Program-made: the position numbers and the translations under genes
The notes under the pieces: generated by a model
Told to the model about the DNA's origin: nothing
The model's input: the letters and a program-made list of their open reading frames with translations, nothing else
The model's database searches: none
Part shown: in pieces, positions 1-11,587 of the stretch
Position numbering within the stretch: the first letter of the stretch is position 1
How the letters are laid out: the number at the start of each line of letters is the position of its first letter
DNA from: Schizochytrium sp. TIO01
Lineage: Eukaryota > Protista > Bigyra: Labyrinthulomycetes
Direction: 5' to 3'
Length of the DNA: 64,000 nt
Assembly: GCA_004764695.1 (NCBI GenBank)
Contig: SMSO01000014.1
Span: forward strand, 181,648-245,647

Positions 1-2
1 CC

Positions 3-2385
3 GCGGCTCTCATGATTCAAAGCTGTTTTCGCGCCAAACAAAGCCGCAACAAAATTCAGAATATCATCAAGACACATCTTCGTAAGATAACTGATCAGAC
101 AACCGGCCAAACATATTATTTCAACAAACTTACACAGGAAACTACTTGGGTTAAACCTAAGCTTATGCAAGACCTTTCAGTCAAAAGCTTCGCTTCTGAG
201 GATACTAAATCACCTCGCAAAAAGAGAAAACCGCGCGTTTTTGCCACACAAGACGAAGCTGCAGCAACACTTCCAGGCCATGTACCGCCGTAAAAAGGCT
301 CGAGATCGTATTAGGCACTTGCTTCAAGCTCGTTTTGAAAAATACATCGATCCAGAGTCTGGGCTCACATACTACCTTAACACTGTCACGCAGGAAACCA
401 CCTGGGAAGCCCCTGCACTCTTGGACGAAGCATCCATTCTCACGCCCAAAAGTCGCGAGCGCAAGGCACTTGTGGAGGCCAAAAAGGCCCGAGGAGAGTT
501 CCGCATGGCCATTGATCTTACTGAGGAAGATGCTGCGCGCATGGTACAGCGTAACTATCGTGCTAACCGGGCACGTGCGCGTGTCCGAGATATTTTACTT
601 AAAGTCATTGCAAAAGCATCCGATGAAAATGGCAATGTATACTATGTCAATGTGCAAACAATGGAGGCAACTTATGAAAAACCAGCACTGTTAAGGCGAC
701 TCACAGATTCAAAGCTAGGTTCATATAACACACTACTCCTTCATAATCAAGATCGCAAAAAGAGAACACCGCGCGTTTTTGCCTCACAAGACGAAGCTGC
801 AGCAACACTCCAGGCTATGTACCGCCGTAAAAAGGCTCGAGATCGTATTAGGCACTTGCTTCAAGCTCGTTTTGAAAAATACATCGATCCAGAGTCTGGG
901 CTCACATACTACCTTAACACTGTCACGCAGGAAACCACCTGGGAAGCCCCTGCACTCTTGGACGAAGCATCCATTCTCACGCCCAAAAGTCGCGAGCGCA
1001 AGGCACTTGTGGAGGCCAAAAAGGCCCGAGGAGAGTTCCGCATGGCCATTGATCTTACTGAGGAAGATGCTGCGCGCATGGTACAGCGTAACTATCGTGC
1101 TAACCGGGCACGTGCGCGTGTCCGAGATATTTTACTTAAAGTCATTGCAAAAGCATCCGATGAAAATGGCAATGTATACTATGTCAATGTGCAAACAATG
1201 GAGGCAACTTATGAAAAACCAGCACTGTTAAGGCGACTCACAGATTCAAAACTGGGTTCTTATAGAACTCTCGTGCAACAATCTATTAAGGCACAGGATG
1301 AAAACCCAAGTAGAGGTAAACCTTCTCGAAAATATGGTTCACAAGATGAAGCTGCATCAGCTTTACAAGGAATGTATCGACGTAAGAAAGCTCGTGATCG
1401 CATTCGTGCGCTTCTGCAGGCCCGCTTTGAAAAACACTATGACCCTTCGTCAGGGGCTGCATATTTCCTGAACACGGCAACCGGAGAGACTTCTTGGGAT
1501 GCGCCAACTTTATTAAATGAAGATAGCGTTCTTACACCTAAAAGTCGAGAACGCAAAGCTAAGTTGGAGGCTAAAAAGGATAGAGGAGAGTTTCGGACAG
1601 CCAAAGACCTTTCAGACGAGGACGCTGCACGCATGGTTCAAAGGGTGTTCCGTGCTAACCGCGCTCGCGAACGCGTGCGCACTCTTTTAACGCAGCTTAT
1701 TGTCCGTGCACGGGATGCTGACGGTTATCTTTACTACATAAATATGCAAACAATGGAGGCTTCTTATCAGAAACCGATCTTGCTGCGTAAACTCTCAGAC
1801 TCCAAACTTGGATCCTATCGAACGATCATGCAACAACAAGATACTCAACAGACTCCTCAGCATGCGCGAAAATACCAGAGTGAAGAGGAAGCTGCTTCTG
1901 CTTTGCAAGCCATGTATCGCCGTAAACAAGCCCGGGATCGAGTGCGAGCACTGCTTCTTCTTTATCTCGAAAAGGCTGTTGACCAAGATGGACATGAGTA
2001 TTACTTTAATACTCTTACAAATACTAGCTCCTGGTACAAGCCTCAGGTACTGAAAGGTTTCGAGGTCCTTACGCCTCGGCAGCGCCATCAGCGGCTTTTA
2101 GCTCAGCAGAAACGTGATGCTGGTTTGTTCAAGGACGCCAGCACCATGACACGAGATGAGGCTGCTATTTTCATCCAAAAATGGTTTCGTGGTGTATCAG
2201 CGAAATCAAAGCTGCGAAACATTCTTATCAATACCATTATTAAAGCGCGGGACGAGCATGGTAATCTATACTTTATCAATCAAGCCACAGGAGAGGCTTC
2301 ATGGGAAAAACCAACACTCTTGCGTGATCTCAGTGACTCCAAACTTGCCTCCTTCAAGGAGAATGATGAACACTACTATGAATAA
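3..2385 (+). CDS. IQ-motif/WW-domain tandem repeat protein; 5'-partial, with a +1 frameshift at about 271-274 joining ORFs 12..293 and 241..2385
   Basis: Nine IQ-like motifs (IQSCFRAKQSR, LQAMYRRKKAR, VQRNYRANRAR, IQKWFRGVSAK and others) alternate with nine WW-like motifs (YYFNKLTQETTWVKP, YYLNTVTQETTWEAP, YFINQATGEASWEKP and others). The frame is open to the left edge. The first repeat copy reads acacttccaggcc where the second copy reads acactccaggct, i.e. one extra base. Confidence 0.85.
215..1250 (+). repeat. Near-identical intragenic tandem duplication, 537-bp period (179 aa); copies about 215-713 and 753-1250
   Basis: The copies match nearly base for base, e.g. cgagatcgtattaggcac at 301 and 838. 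More diverged third and fourth units follow. Confidence 0.95.
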
Positions 2386-2945
2386 TAAAACAAATGATGT
2401 CTTCTTTTCTCCTCCCAACATTCTTCAAGTAAAAGATCCTTGATTTAAAAGTTTGATACATAGCTACAGAGTGAATTATTGATGCATTAGCACCTTTGGA
2501 TATAATCAAAGACTCGCAATACATATGTTCTTAAAGACCGTTCTTCACTGGCAAGATCTCTTGTTCCTGTACATATGAATTGACGAAATTTACAAGCCCA
2601 ATTTGATTCTTGTGCTAGAGTGTAGAACTCATAACCCTGATGAAAATTTGGAATGAGCTAAAAATGGCACACTGCTTCCCGTATCTCACATAAAACATTT
2701 GTCCCTCTTCCACGAAAAATTAAACAAATACAGACACTTAGTTATTTCTTAGCCAAATCTGATTGTTTATTTCTGATAAAAACAAAAGGAAAATTCTGGC
2801 TCAGAGATTCGCGTGATGGACACGTATGTGCTTAACTTCAAATAAACTAAAACAATGAGACTCGTTCTTCACGTCTACATGGGACATGCTCCTAAAAACA
2901 AGCAAAATGTAGCTATTCGTAGGGTTCATTAAGCTCGAATGAAAT

Positions 2946-4496
2946 TCACAGGCTTTTCAGATGCTTTTGTACTATATCTGTGAGATCACGCCACCGATCA
3001 TTCAAAACATTACTAGTGTCATAGAGGACATAGCGATGACCAGCTACGTGGGATAACACTGTATACTCCGTTTGTTGCTCATCCCAGCCAAGTTCTACGA
3101 CTAGTCCTCCTGGTTGCATAAACAGGGCATTTGAAAGGCCCGCTCCGTGGATGCCAATGACAGCATCGGCGCGACGGAAAAGACGCACCTGGCAAGCAAT
3201 ACATTGCATGAGAGCTTCGTCATCATCACTTACCCGAATGACTTTTTGTGGGTAATCTGCAGGAACAGCTTGTTGAACAGCTTTAAAAACATCATCATAT
3301 CGAGAAGGCTTATCCAGCCATGTCCGTAGGCCCTGCCGACGCTCGATAACAATAATGACGGGATCTGTAGCGCCAGGACTATCATCTTCAGTACTCTCTG
3401 CATCGTTCGTTACAAGACTACTAGTCTCTTCTGAGACATCCCACATCACCTCACGAGTTGCCCATAATGGCTTATATTGCAAAGAAGACATCCCGCAGGC
3501 GGTCCACAACGGTGCCCATACAGTTTTAGCTAGAATATCACCACGCACTAAGCGTGTTGGAGAGATGCCAAGGAGCCGAAAATACTCCTCTATAAATGGC
3601 GCAGGTGGGGCATCATGAAGCGTTTTAATATGAATCTTGATGCTAGGCGTGTTTACCAATTTATCCAAAAATGGAACTATGCGTGGCAAAATTTCCTTGA
3701 CAAAGTGTGCATAACCGTAACCGAATACCTGCGCTATTGAAAACACTTCGTCAGCTGATTCCACAAAACCTGAACAATCCTCACTCTTCGTCACACATGC
3801 ACATGCCTTTTCTAAATTTCGAAAATTGAGTTGTGCCTCACAGTAGCAACAATCTTTACCTTGCAATAAGGCCCCGGAGCTTAAAAGAATGGCACCTTCG
3901 TGTTGAATCACGGCACCATCGGCGATGTGCAGAACTAACCAATCATAGTCATGCGAGGGTTTGGCAAGGGAAAAACTCGCGCGCGAACTCTCTTTTTTCC
4001 AAGCATCTTGTTGTTTTTGTGCTTTCGACTCGCCAGGCATTGTTACAAGCTCTGACACAGTAGCTTTGCAAAGACAGTCAAAATCGGTCACATTTCCATA
4101 TCGCTTGTGCCAGTCTCGGGCCTCACCGTTGCGACAGAGAAACTCTGCAAGTTGTGGCTGGAAAAATGTCTCTACGTCCCTGTGTTTCCTTGATGAATAT
4201 GGCGGCGAATATACACTAACGCCAAGCCTTGCAAGGTCGTCAGCCATATCAAGTGGATTGGTTGTGATGCGTAAAATATTTGCCGGACATGACATTTTGA
4301 CTCCCCAACTCTGATTCAAAGACAGTGCTTCACGGAGCACCAACCAATCCTCTAATTCGTAGTTATCATCCTCAGTATCTACGATGGATTCTACTCTAGA
4401 GATACTAAGCAACATCTCTAAAGCTATACGCAAGAGTCCAATCAAGCCCAAGACCATCATGAGCCAACGCACAGCCGATGTGAGACATCTTGCCAT
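2946..4496 (-). CDS. Glycosyltransferase family 61 (DUF563; EOGT/xylan arabinosyltransferase-like), type II membrane protein
   Basis: N-terminal hydrophobic anchor, GYAHFVKEILPRI motif, and the C-terminal GT61 signature QVRLFRRADAVIGIHGAGLSNALFMQPGGLVVEL. Confidence 0.88.
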   Translation of the reverse strand: MARCLTSAVRWLMMVLGLIGLLRIALEMLLSISRVESIVDTEDDNYELEDWLVLREALSLNQSWGVKMSCPANILRITTNPLDMADDLARLGVSVYSPPYSSRKHRDVETFFQPQLAEFLCRNGEARDWHKRYGNVTDFDCLCKATVSELVTMPGESKAQKQQDAWKKESSRASFSLAKPSHDYDWLVLHIADGAVIQHEGAILLSSGALLQGKDCCYCEAQLNFRNLEKACACVTKSEDCSGFVESADEVFSIAQVFGYGYAHFVKEILPRIVPFLDKLVNTPSIKIHIKTLHDAPPAPFIEEYFRLLGISPTRLVRGDILAKTVWAPLWTACGMSSLQYKPLWATREVMWDVSEETSSLVTNDAESTEDDSPGATDPVIIVIERRQGLRTWLDKPSRYDDVFKAVQQAVPADYPQKVIRVSDDDEALMQCIACQVRLFRRADAVIGIHGAGLSNALFMQPGGLVVELGWDEQQTEYTVLSHVAGHRYVLYDTSNVLNDRWRDLTDIVQKHLKSL

Positions 4497-6378
4497 GTTC
4501 TAACAATACAAATAACCCCTGCGAGACAGCACCAGCTCCGAAAGTTCGTGTTATAAATACGTTTAAACCTTTTGAATATTCTGCTGACCTCACCTCGTCT
4601 TTTAAGAAACCGACAACAACGCAGCTCGCCGTGCGTCACGAGAGTCCGTTGCAGTGAAGACTACTTAATCTACTCTGATGTCTTCCTAGAAAGCTTTGTG
4701 AGGAAGCGACTTCACAGCCTTTCACAGCCTGAAGCCTCCACCAGAGTAAAAAGCCCGAATGCCATCCCTTTCACAACTATCAGCTCCGCCAAGTGAACGC
4801 CGAACGGGTTTCTGCAAACATGAGCGATGCGGACTCGGATATCGCACGCCAACTATGCATATTATTATTCAGGTTTGGAAAAGACCTTTGCAAGGGTCTG
4901 ATCCAAAAGTTCCATGTTGTCACAGGTCCTCCTCTCCACTTGTGTTTTTGTCTCTTGGTCTTAGAGGTCATTCACTTCACAGAGAAAATGAGTTTAAATC
5001 TTGTAACTCGGGTAAGAACACCAGTCCTGCATCCCCTCAAACTGGAGGCTCTTCTTCAAATCCTTTTACTTGGGGTAAAAACCTAATATGAAAAAGAGAG
5101 TTTTAGGGCATCTGAATAGAGATAATAGTTGATTATTGTCAGAACATCAGTAAAAGTACATCCTCCGTCATACAAATTCCGATGAGGACGAGGGCGGGGT
5201 TCTTGGGATCCAGGCATACTATCTGCCTTTATTCAAAACTACACTTTGTAAACACACATTTGTCTTGACAGTGAACTTTGGATACGAATTTTAAAACAGA
5301 ATATCTAGAACTTTACTTTACCAAAAGTACTGTCGATGTGTGAAAGAGGGATTTAAGAGAGCCTGTGTTATCCCGCCAGGTCTCCTCGGACTCTTGCCTC
5401 CTAAACTTGCCAAACAACTTAGTATTACATGCTCAAAAACATCCGCTCAGAGGTTAGCCATTCAATCGTGGTTACGTGAATCCCACCTCGATCTCAATCA
5501 TCAGTCAAGCAAGTTGGCTTGCGACTAGAATCAATCAATTTCGAGCACGAGCTTGCTGAAGAGAGCTAAACAGTATTGAATGCTTAGGTATACCCAATTT
5601 AATCCCAAATTGTTGTACTTCCTACGAAAGTTCACGCTAGTCAAGCACACAAAGTAAACCTATGACCGCAGAGTTAGGCATATGCTCATCGTCCATGAGT
5701 TTCACCAAATTTACTGAAGTTCTCGTATAGGAACTCCGCAGGCTCGGACGGATTGATTCCTACGGGTTCTAAGTTTCTTTTAGCACGTGCCGCTGGAGCA
5801 CGTGAATACTATGGTTGCATTTGACAACAGAAAAAATATAAAAATGCCGATGACTACTGTTATGCTACAGACACAGAAAGGCATCTCACTTCCCCCGTTC
5901 AAGTCGGCCTAAATATTTGTACAGCTCCTCTTATGGGGCAAGCACCACTGCGGCCGCACAGTTTATTAGTAGTTATCGATTCTGTGGCGTGCGTTCGCGT
6001 CAAAAGTTTAATTAACCCTCGCAGAGAGCACTTAAGCCGCCTGGTAGAGTAAACATTAGGTAGTCCCTATTCATCTCTTTTCTTAAAACCTAATGTTTCC
6101 TGTTTCCTATAATAAAATACGGGCACTAGTCCTGGTGCATAGTTAGAATGGTAGGAAGTGGCAATTCTTTCCGCTGGGTGTCGCAGTAGCAGTACAGAAA
6201 TCATCGTTACCCACGCACGTAGTAGTCGAGCGAGCATTCCCTAATTGGGCGCTGGTCCCGTTCATGGCCTGCTCGAGCTTTGCGTGAACTCTGTCTCTGA
6301 TTCGTAATTCACACACTCGAGACTGTAGTGATTGCTAAGGCGTAGGAGAGGGGAGGCGATCCTCTCAGTCGGTCTTTG

Positions 6379-7755
6379 ATGACGCTCGTGGTGGATGAAG
6401 ATGCCCAGGCGGCAACGACAACTACGCCGATAGTAAGGTCGCGGTCAAGATCACGCTCCAGATCAAAATCTGGAGATATTGCTCGCGATGCAGGAGCATC
6501 GGTATCCGAAAGGTGCAGAAGTGACTCGAAGTCATCCAGGAGCCGTGCACGTGCCAGCACTACAACATTAATGCGGTACGAGGAAGCGCACATGAATTTC
6601 ATTTTGGGCTCGGCAGGACTTTCTATGCTGGCATTGCTAGCGCATGATGCTCAGGAAGTACTTCTTAACTTGGCTGGTCTTTTGGGACCCGTGGCGGTGT
6701 TTGCGCTGAGTGACTTTATATTTTCGAGCCGCCATCTGAGGCATCGTCAGGAATACCTTAACCAACTGCATGTTGCCATCTTTGCCACCACAGCTGCTGG
6801 AGTCTCAGGTACCCGCTTTGGAGGCAACACCTGGCAAGAGATTCTTTTCCTCAATGCCTCGGGTGCCTTTGTCTTTGCCTTTCTGGACATCATTATCAAA
6901 CACTACAAGGCCTTTCATCAAGATGTTGATCGTGACGATTCTGTGCAAGTTCTTGAGATTTTTCGAACCGTATTTACCGGTGTCTGGACCACCTTCGCCG
7001 GCATGATTATTATAGCAGCTCAGGATCTTCCGGATCTCGGTTTGGGGCTATGCTACTTTCTTGGTAGTATGGTTGCTGGAGTGATGGCCTACGAAGCCGG
7101 CCTTCGTGCTGGTGGTCGCTTGAACGAGACCGTGCTTGATGACGAAAAAGGTGCGAAATATATCATTCTCCTTGCTCATTGGCTGCCTTACTTATGTGCT
7201 TACCTGGGTGCTGTAGCGCTCTTCAAGCACTTTACCCCTGCGTTGGGGTTTTCATATTTTTACTCGTATCTCGCATGCGTAACGGGGGATCTCACAGCTC
7301 CATTCCCCATAGACTTCCAACCAAAAGATTATGCGAGCTACCTTTTATTTGTTAGCAATGAGATGGTCGCGAACATCCTGGCAGTCTCGCTTGTGGTGGG
7401 TTCTCGAGCTTATTGTGCAGTTGCGGCCTCGCGAAAGTCCATCGCGCTTACAGCGTGCAGAAGTCCGGCACTTCACGAATTGCAAGATACATATGCAGGT
7501 GCTGTCTCTGTCTACTGCGGTTCGGTCCATGTTGCCCACAGTTTTGTTCTATCAATCTTGCCTGAGGATGTGAAGGATGACCTCTATTATGATCCTCGCA
7601 CACCGGGTTCCAATTCGATGCGTGAACTCGGGGTGGAGATTGTTCAAGATATCACTGGTGACTCGGTTCCTTACTCGGGTGCCCTTGCGACAAGACTTCT
7701 CGTTGAATTTTCTCTCATCATAATTGCCTTTTCTGTGAAGCTTATCGTACGCTGA
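6379..7755 (+). CDS. Multi-pass membrane protein, divergent FEX-like (two CrcB/Fluc-like repeats), with an RS-rich N-terminal tail
   Basis: ATG at 6379. Repeat 1 has ILFLNASGAFVFAFL, FRTVFTGVWTTFAGM and LCYFLGSMVAGVMAYEAG, resembling Fluc TM2 (NxxG), TM3 (GFxGxxTTFS) and TM4 (YxxxSxxxG). Repeat 2 is weaker: EMVANILAVSL and LQDTYAGAVSVY. Confidence 0.6.
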   Translation: MTLVVDEDAQAATTTTPIVRSRSRSRSRSKSGDIARDAGASVSERCRSDSKSSRSRARASTTTLMRYEEAHMNFILGSAGLSMLALLAHDAQEVLLNLAGLLGPVAVFALSDFIFSSRHLRHRQEYLNQLHVAIFATTAAGVSGTRFGGNTWQEILFLNASGAFVFAFLDIIIKHYKAFHQDVDRDDSVQVLEIFRTVFTGVWTTFAGMIIIAAQDLPDLGLGLCYFLGSMVAGVMAYEAGLRAGGRLNETVLDDEKGAKYIILLAHWLPYLCAYLGAVALFKHFTPALGFSYFYSYLACVTGDLTAPFPIDFQPKDYASYLLFVSNEMVANILAVSLVVGSRAYCAVAASRKSIALTACRSPALHELQDTYAGAVSVYCGSVHVAHSFVLSILPEDVKDDLYYDPRTPGSNSMRELGVEIVQDITGDSVPYSGALATRLLVEFSLIIIAFSVKLIVR

Positions 7756-7784
7756 GCATCCCTCCCTTTCTCTTTGTTCACACC

Positions 7785-8080
7785 TTTCCCTGTACAATGT
7801 ATGACCTTTCTGTGCTGCCATCTGATTACGATAAATTCGTGCACTCTTCCTTTTTTGTTTATTACGTTCATAAATATTTTCATGACATTTTTGTTTTGAT
7901 TAAAACACCATCTCCTTGTGCTGTATAACAAATGTGTTATTGTTCATTACTTTCCCTGTACAATATACGGTCTTCCTGCTTACAACACATTCCATTTTGC
8001 ACTCTTCCTTTTATATTTTTAATTTATTACATTATTGTCATTTTATTTTTGACTAACATTCTCTCGTGATGTGTGTCAAG
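7785..8080 (+). repeat. Diverged tandem duplication (about 160-bp period) in the 3' flank of the FEX-like gene
   Basis: tttccctgtacaat occurs at 7785 and 7951 and gcactcttcctttt at 7841 and 7999, each followed by similar T-rich tails. Confidence 0.7.
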
Positions 8081-8758
8081 AAGGTTTTCCTCGGCATGAG
8101 AAATCAGCAACGTGGAATTGTTTTTGGTACTATTAACAATGTAACGCCGCCACCCTGCTCTAATGCTATGGTCTTATTTTTGTTTTTAAAGCTGCGGACC
8201 ATGCACCCACCCATTCCCAAGTTTTCGCCTGTACTTCCCCCACTTGATCGATTGACTGCAGAATCACCTCTAACAGTCTTGGGATTTACCCCATTGTTCC
8301 GCTCGTATCATCCACTCAGCGAACCCTGCAACTGAACTCAAAGCAAAGACGAAGATTCATAAGCAAATGTTTTAGACTCCTAATATATACCATGATATGA
8401 TGATCTGCGAAATCTCGTTCCGCACACACCTTTGGAGGCTGCTTTGCATGTGTCTTCCTTTTTTACACCCTAGTACTACTCTACCTAGGACTAGACAAAA
8501 AAGACTTGGACCTGCCTCAGCTTTATAGCTAAAACAATAAGACCCCATTAAGATGCTAGGTTTCACCAAAACCTCGAAGCGATTGCGAGGAAACAATTCC
8601 ACAACTCCAGCGCGCGCGTCGGGACCCTCTTGGGTCATTCTCTCAGGAACTTTTTGCCTAACCACGTTAGACTGTCTTCTGAGATAGTGTCACGTGTTGG
8701 CTCGTATAGTGTAGATTAGCTTTGATAGAGCCACCAAGTCCTGGGGACCTAGATCGCC

Positions 8759-10105
8759 ATGGACTCCCCTCCTCTTGACGAGGATGACGTGAGCACTGCT
8801 GCTGCCAATGCGCACATTCGACGGCTTTCTGAAAAAGAGCAGCGGCGTATGAGTCGAAGACTCTCAACTACTCGTCGCAGGCGTCGGTCTCATATTGAAA
8901 TTGATGGCGTGAATCCGTTCCAAACCGACGAGGCTATGGATGCACAAGAATGGGCTGCTTTCATTGCAGGCCTTATCTTCATTGCTCCTATAAGAGTTAT
9001 CGTGTTTGTCCTCACAATTATTACGGCAACGACTTTCATAGTTCTTTCGGTTGCAGGTTGTGACCTTTCAAAGCCACTTCCAGAGTACCGTGCTAAGATG
9101 CAGATTTTCGTTGTTCATTGGTGCTCCAGAGCTCTTTTGGCCTGCTTTGGAATCTACTCTGTTGAGGTGCGGGGTCAGCTTTCACCAGTTTCCAAAGCTC
9201 GTCTTGCTGTACTTGCACCACACTCAACGCCATTTGATGCCTTAATCAGCGCAGCATACTTGGAGGCGCCGAGTCACGTAGCTAAAAGCGATTTGACTGA
9301 AACCTTTGTTGGACCAGTGCTTCAGGCCATGCAAACTATCCTGGTGGATCGGGCAAGCAAAAAGAGCCGCAAAGCAACAGGTGCAGCGATTCTTGCTCGT
9401 GCCAACCGTGCCGCAGCATGGCGACGCCGCCTTGCGATTTACCCGGAAGGTACCTGCACAAACCGCAGTAGTTTGATTAAATTTCGCCTCGGTGCTTTCG
9501 AACCACTCGCGCCGATTCAGCCAGTGGTTCTTAGATGGGATGTTGGTGCATTCGACCCTGCTTGGACAGCAGGATCCCCATACCGGAATCGCATTGTATT
9601 CCGGTGCCTTGCCCGATTAGAGCTCAAGGTTGCGATGGAGTTTTTACCGGTTATGGAACCTCTTCCTGAGGATGATGCAAGCACCTTTGCAGACCGCGTG
9701 CGAGCTACCATGGCTGACGCACTCGGTGTGCCAATGTCAGCATACTCTTACCCGGATATGTTTCTGGCTACGATAGCTGCCAAGCGAAAAGTTAAACCTG
9801 CCCTTATTTTGCCCATGGCTTTTGAAGATATTGAACGAGACTACAGCGACATTGACGACGTTTTCGAAGTTACCCGCTCGCTTTTGGTTCGCTATACTGC
9901 TGCGCCTGACATGGATGAAGATGGGCGCATGGCAGAGGCTCAATTTGATGCTGTGAAACGCAAAGCTGCAAAGGACGTTGGCCTTGACGCACCCCTGCAG
10001 TGGGACGTTCTTAAGCCTATGGCTCACCATGATGACACCATCTCTTTTGGTGATTTTGCCGCCGCTCACTATGAGCAAATCCGTCATGCAAAGCTTTCCT
10101 CTTGA
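8759..10105 (+). CDS. Lysophospholipid acyltransferase, LPCAT1/2-like (PlsC domain), with degenerate C-terminal EF-hand-like loops
   Basis: N-terminal TM segment, HX4D motif (APHSTPFD), ILVDR, IYPEGTCTN, FRLGAF and PIQPVVLRW blocks. The C-terminal DMDEDGRMAEAQF and DDTISFGDF resemble EF-hand loops. Confidence 0.9.
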   Translation: MDSPPLDEDDVSTAAANAHIRRLSEKEQRRMSRRLSTTRRRRRSHIEIDGVNPFQTDEAMDAQEWAAFIAGLIFIAPIRVIVFVLTIITATTFIVLSVAGCDLSKPLPEYRAKMQIFVVHWCSRALLACFGIYSVEVRGQLSPVSKARLAVLAPHSTPFDALISAAYLEAPSHVAKSDLTETFVGPVLQAMQTILVDRASKKSRKATGAAILARANRAAAWRRRLAIYPEGTCTNRSSLIKFRLGAFEPLAPIQPVVLRWDVGAFDPAWTAGSPYRNRIVFRCLARLELKVAMEFLPVMEPLPEDDASTFADRVRATMADALGVPMSAYSYPDMFLATIAAKRKVKPALILPMAFEDIERDYSDIDDVFEVTRSLLVRYTAAPDMDEDGRMAEAQFDAVKRKAAKDVGLDAPLQWDVLKPMAHHDDTISFGDFAAAHYEQIRHAKLSS

Positions 10106-10432
10106 CTTTGTCTTTTGAAAACTAATTCTCTTCTCCCGCTAAAATCTCGTAACCATGATCTTTTCTGTTTTGCTTGTCTCAGCTCTTTGGAAGGTTGCTG
10201 AGATATAAATTAAATGAAAATGAACACATCATTGAATAGACTGAGCTTCGAATAAATTTCGCTAGCTAGGGTGTAACAGATATTATAAAATAATGGCAGG
10301 TGTTCTTGCCCTTAATAGATTAAGTACTTAAAAAAGTTTCTTGGCATATTGAAAGATTTGTGTAGTGTGGTGTGGTGCGAATAAAAGAATGCATCTCTAG
10401 ATTGATTGAATAGAAAATTGGTCTGTGTTACG

Positions 10433-11587
10433 TCAAGTCCCTTCTTTGACGGAATTAGAAAAAGAATCAGCTGAATCATGATGATGATGATGATGATGAT
10501 GTGGAATGTGAATAATCTCTGCACTGATCCCGTCATTGTGTTGGGACTTCGTAACAGAAAAATGTGGTAACGCCGTTGGATTGACTTCAGTGGTATCTTG
10601 CACAACCCTTCTTTTAGCTGAGATTTTAGATCGACGTCCCTTAGCAGTAAATCTAGACGTTGCATAAAAAATCTGTACGAAACAGATATGCACCGCAAAA
10701 AAGTACTTGAGTAATGCAATGCCTGCAGGGAAGCAGGTTAAGATAAGAGCAATAAAATCAAAGATGCCCATGGAAATTGAAAGACGCACCAAGCGCGCGA
10801 GTCTCCTTCTCGCCTTCTTGGCAGCTTCTTGCATCTTAGGATCACGCAAAAATGTTGTATCGACCTCCGTCACAGCCCTCAAATCAGAAAGCACAATGAA
10901 TGTAATAGTGCCTCCAAGAAGAGACAAACCTAAATTGCTGATTATGAAGCAAACCATACCAACGAGAAATAAATCCAAACTACTCTTTGTCATTTGAACC
11001 AATGGACTCGCGACAAAGAAAGGTATAGCTAACCATGAGGTAATTTGTATTATTTTTATTCCCCAATTGTACCACACCAGCTTGAGACGTGACGCTTTTG
11101 TAATCGTCATGGCTGTTTCACTTTGTAAGGACAAATAGCGTAGGTATCTGCGCTGGGTTGACGATGTGACCATGATGCAAACAGCTTGGGTTACACCAAA
11201 TAACCCAAGAAATAATGCTCGTTTTGCTCCTGAGTATTTTGGTAATAAAACATGGACTGAACTCAGTACCGCACAGAGGAAACATATTATAACTACAGGC
11301 AGCTGCCTCCGTGCTAATCTTGCATTACGTAGCCCTGTAAGCAGCAAAATAGCCACGAGAATATAGCCGATGAGCGCGCTGTACTTGTAAATGGTTATTG
11401 TTGGCAGCCATGATACCTCATTACACAGCCCCTTGCTCTTTTGCATTTCATCAAGACGATCTGCCTGCCAAAAGTCGAATTCTAGACTTTGGGACCAACC
11501 CTCATTGCATACACATGTGTTGTTTACGCAAGAACCATGCCAGCACTGTGCTACCGGTGCTGCTTCTGCACAGGTCGCCGACCCCAT
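10433..11587 (-). CDS. EGF-like domain plus seven-TM receptor-like (GPCR-like) protein, paralog A
   Basis: N-terminal CWHGSCVNNTCVCNEGW followed by about seven hydrophobic segments. A basic loop lies between TM5 and TM6 (KKARRRLAR), and the C-tail is basic and His-rich. Confidence 0.75.
   Translation of the reverse strand: MGSATCAEAAPVAQCWHGSCVNNTCVCNEGWSQSLEFDFWQADRLDEMQKSKGLCNEVSWLPTITIYKYSALIGYILVAILLLTGLRNARLARRQLPVVIICFLCAVLSSVHVLLPKYSGAKRALFLGLFGVTQAVCIMVTSSTQRRYLRYLSLQSETAMTITKASRLKLVWYNWGIKIIQITSWLAIPFFVASPLVQMTKSSLDLFLVGMVCFIISNLGLSLLGGTITFIVLSDLRAVTEVDTTFLRDPKMQEAAKKARRRLARLVRLSISMGIFDFIALILTCFPAGIALLKYFFAVHICFVQIFYATSRFTAKGRRSKISAKRRVVQDTTEVNPTALPHFSVTKSQHNDGISAEIIHIPHHHHHHHHDSADSFSNSVKEGT

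Noticed and set aside
262-293. Programmed ribosomal frameshift in the IQ/WW gene
   Set aside because: No slippery heptamer or stimulatory structure, and the sister repeat is in frame without the extra base.
4572-5091. Cluster of short ORFs (74-110 aa) upstream of the GT61 gene
   Set aside because: No recognisable motif. It could be a decayed gene, but I cannot support that.
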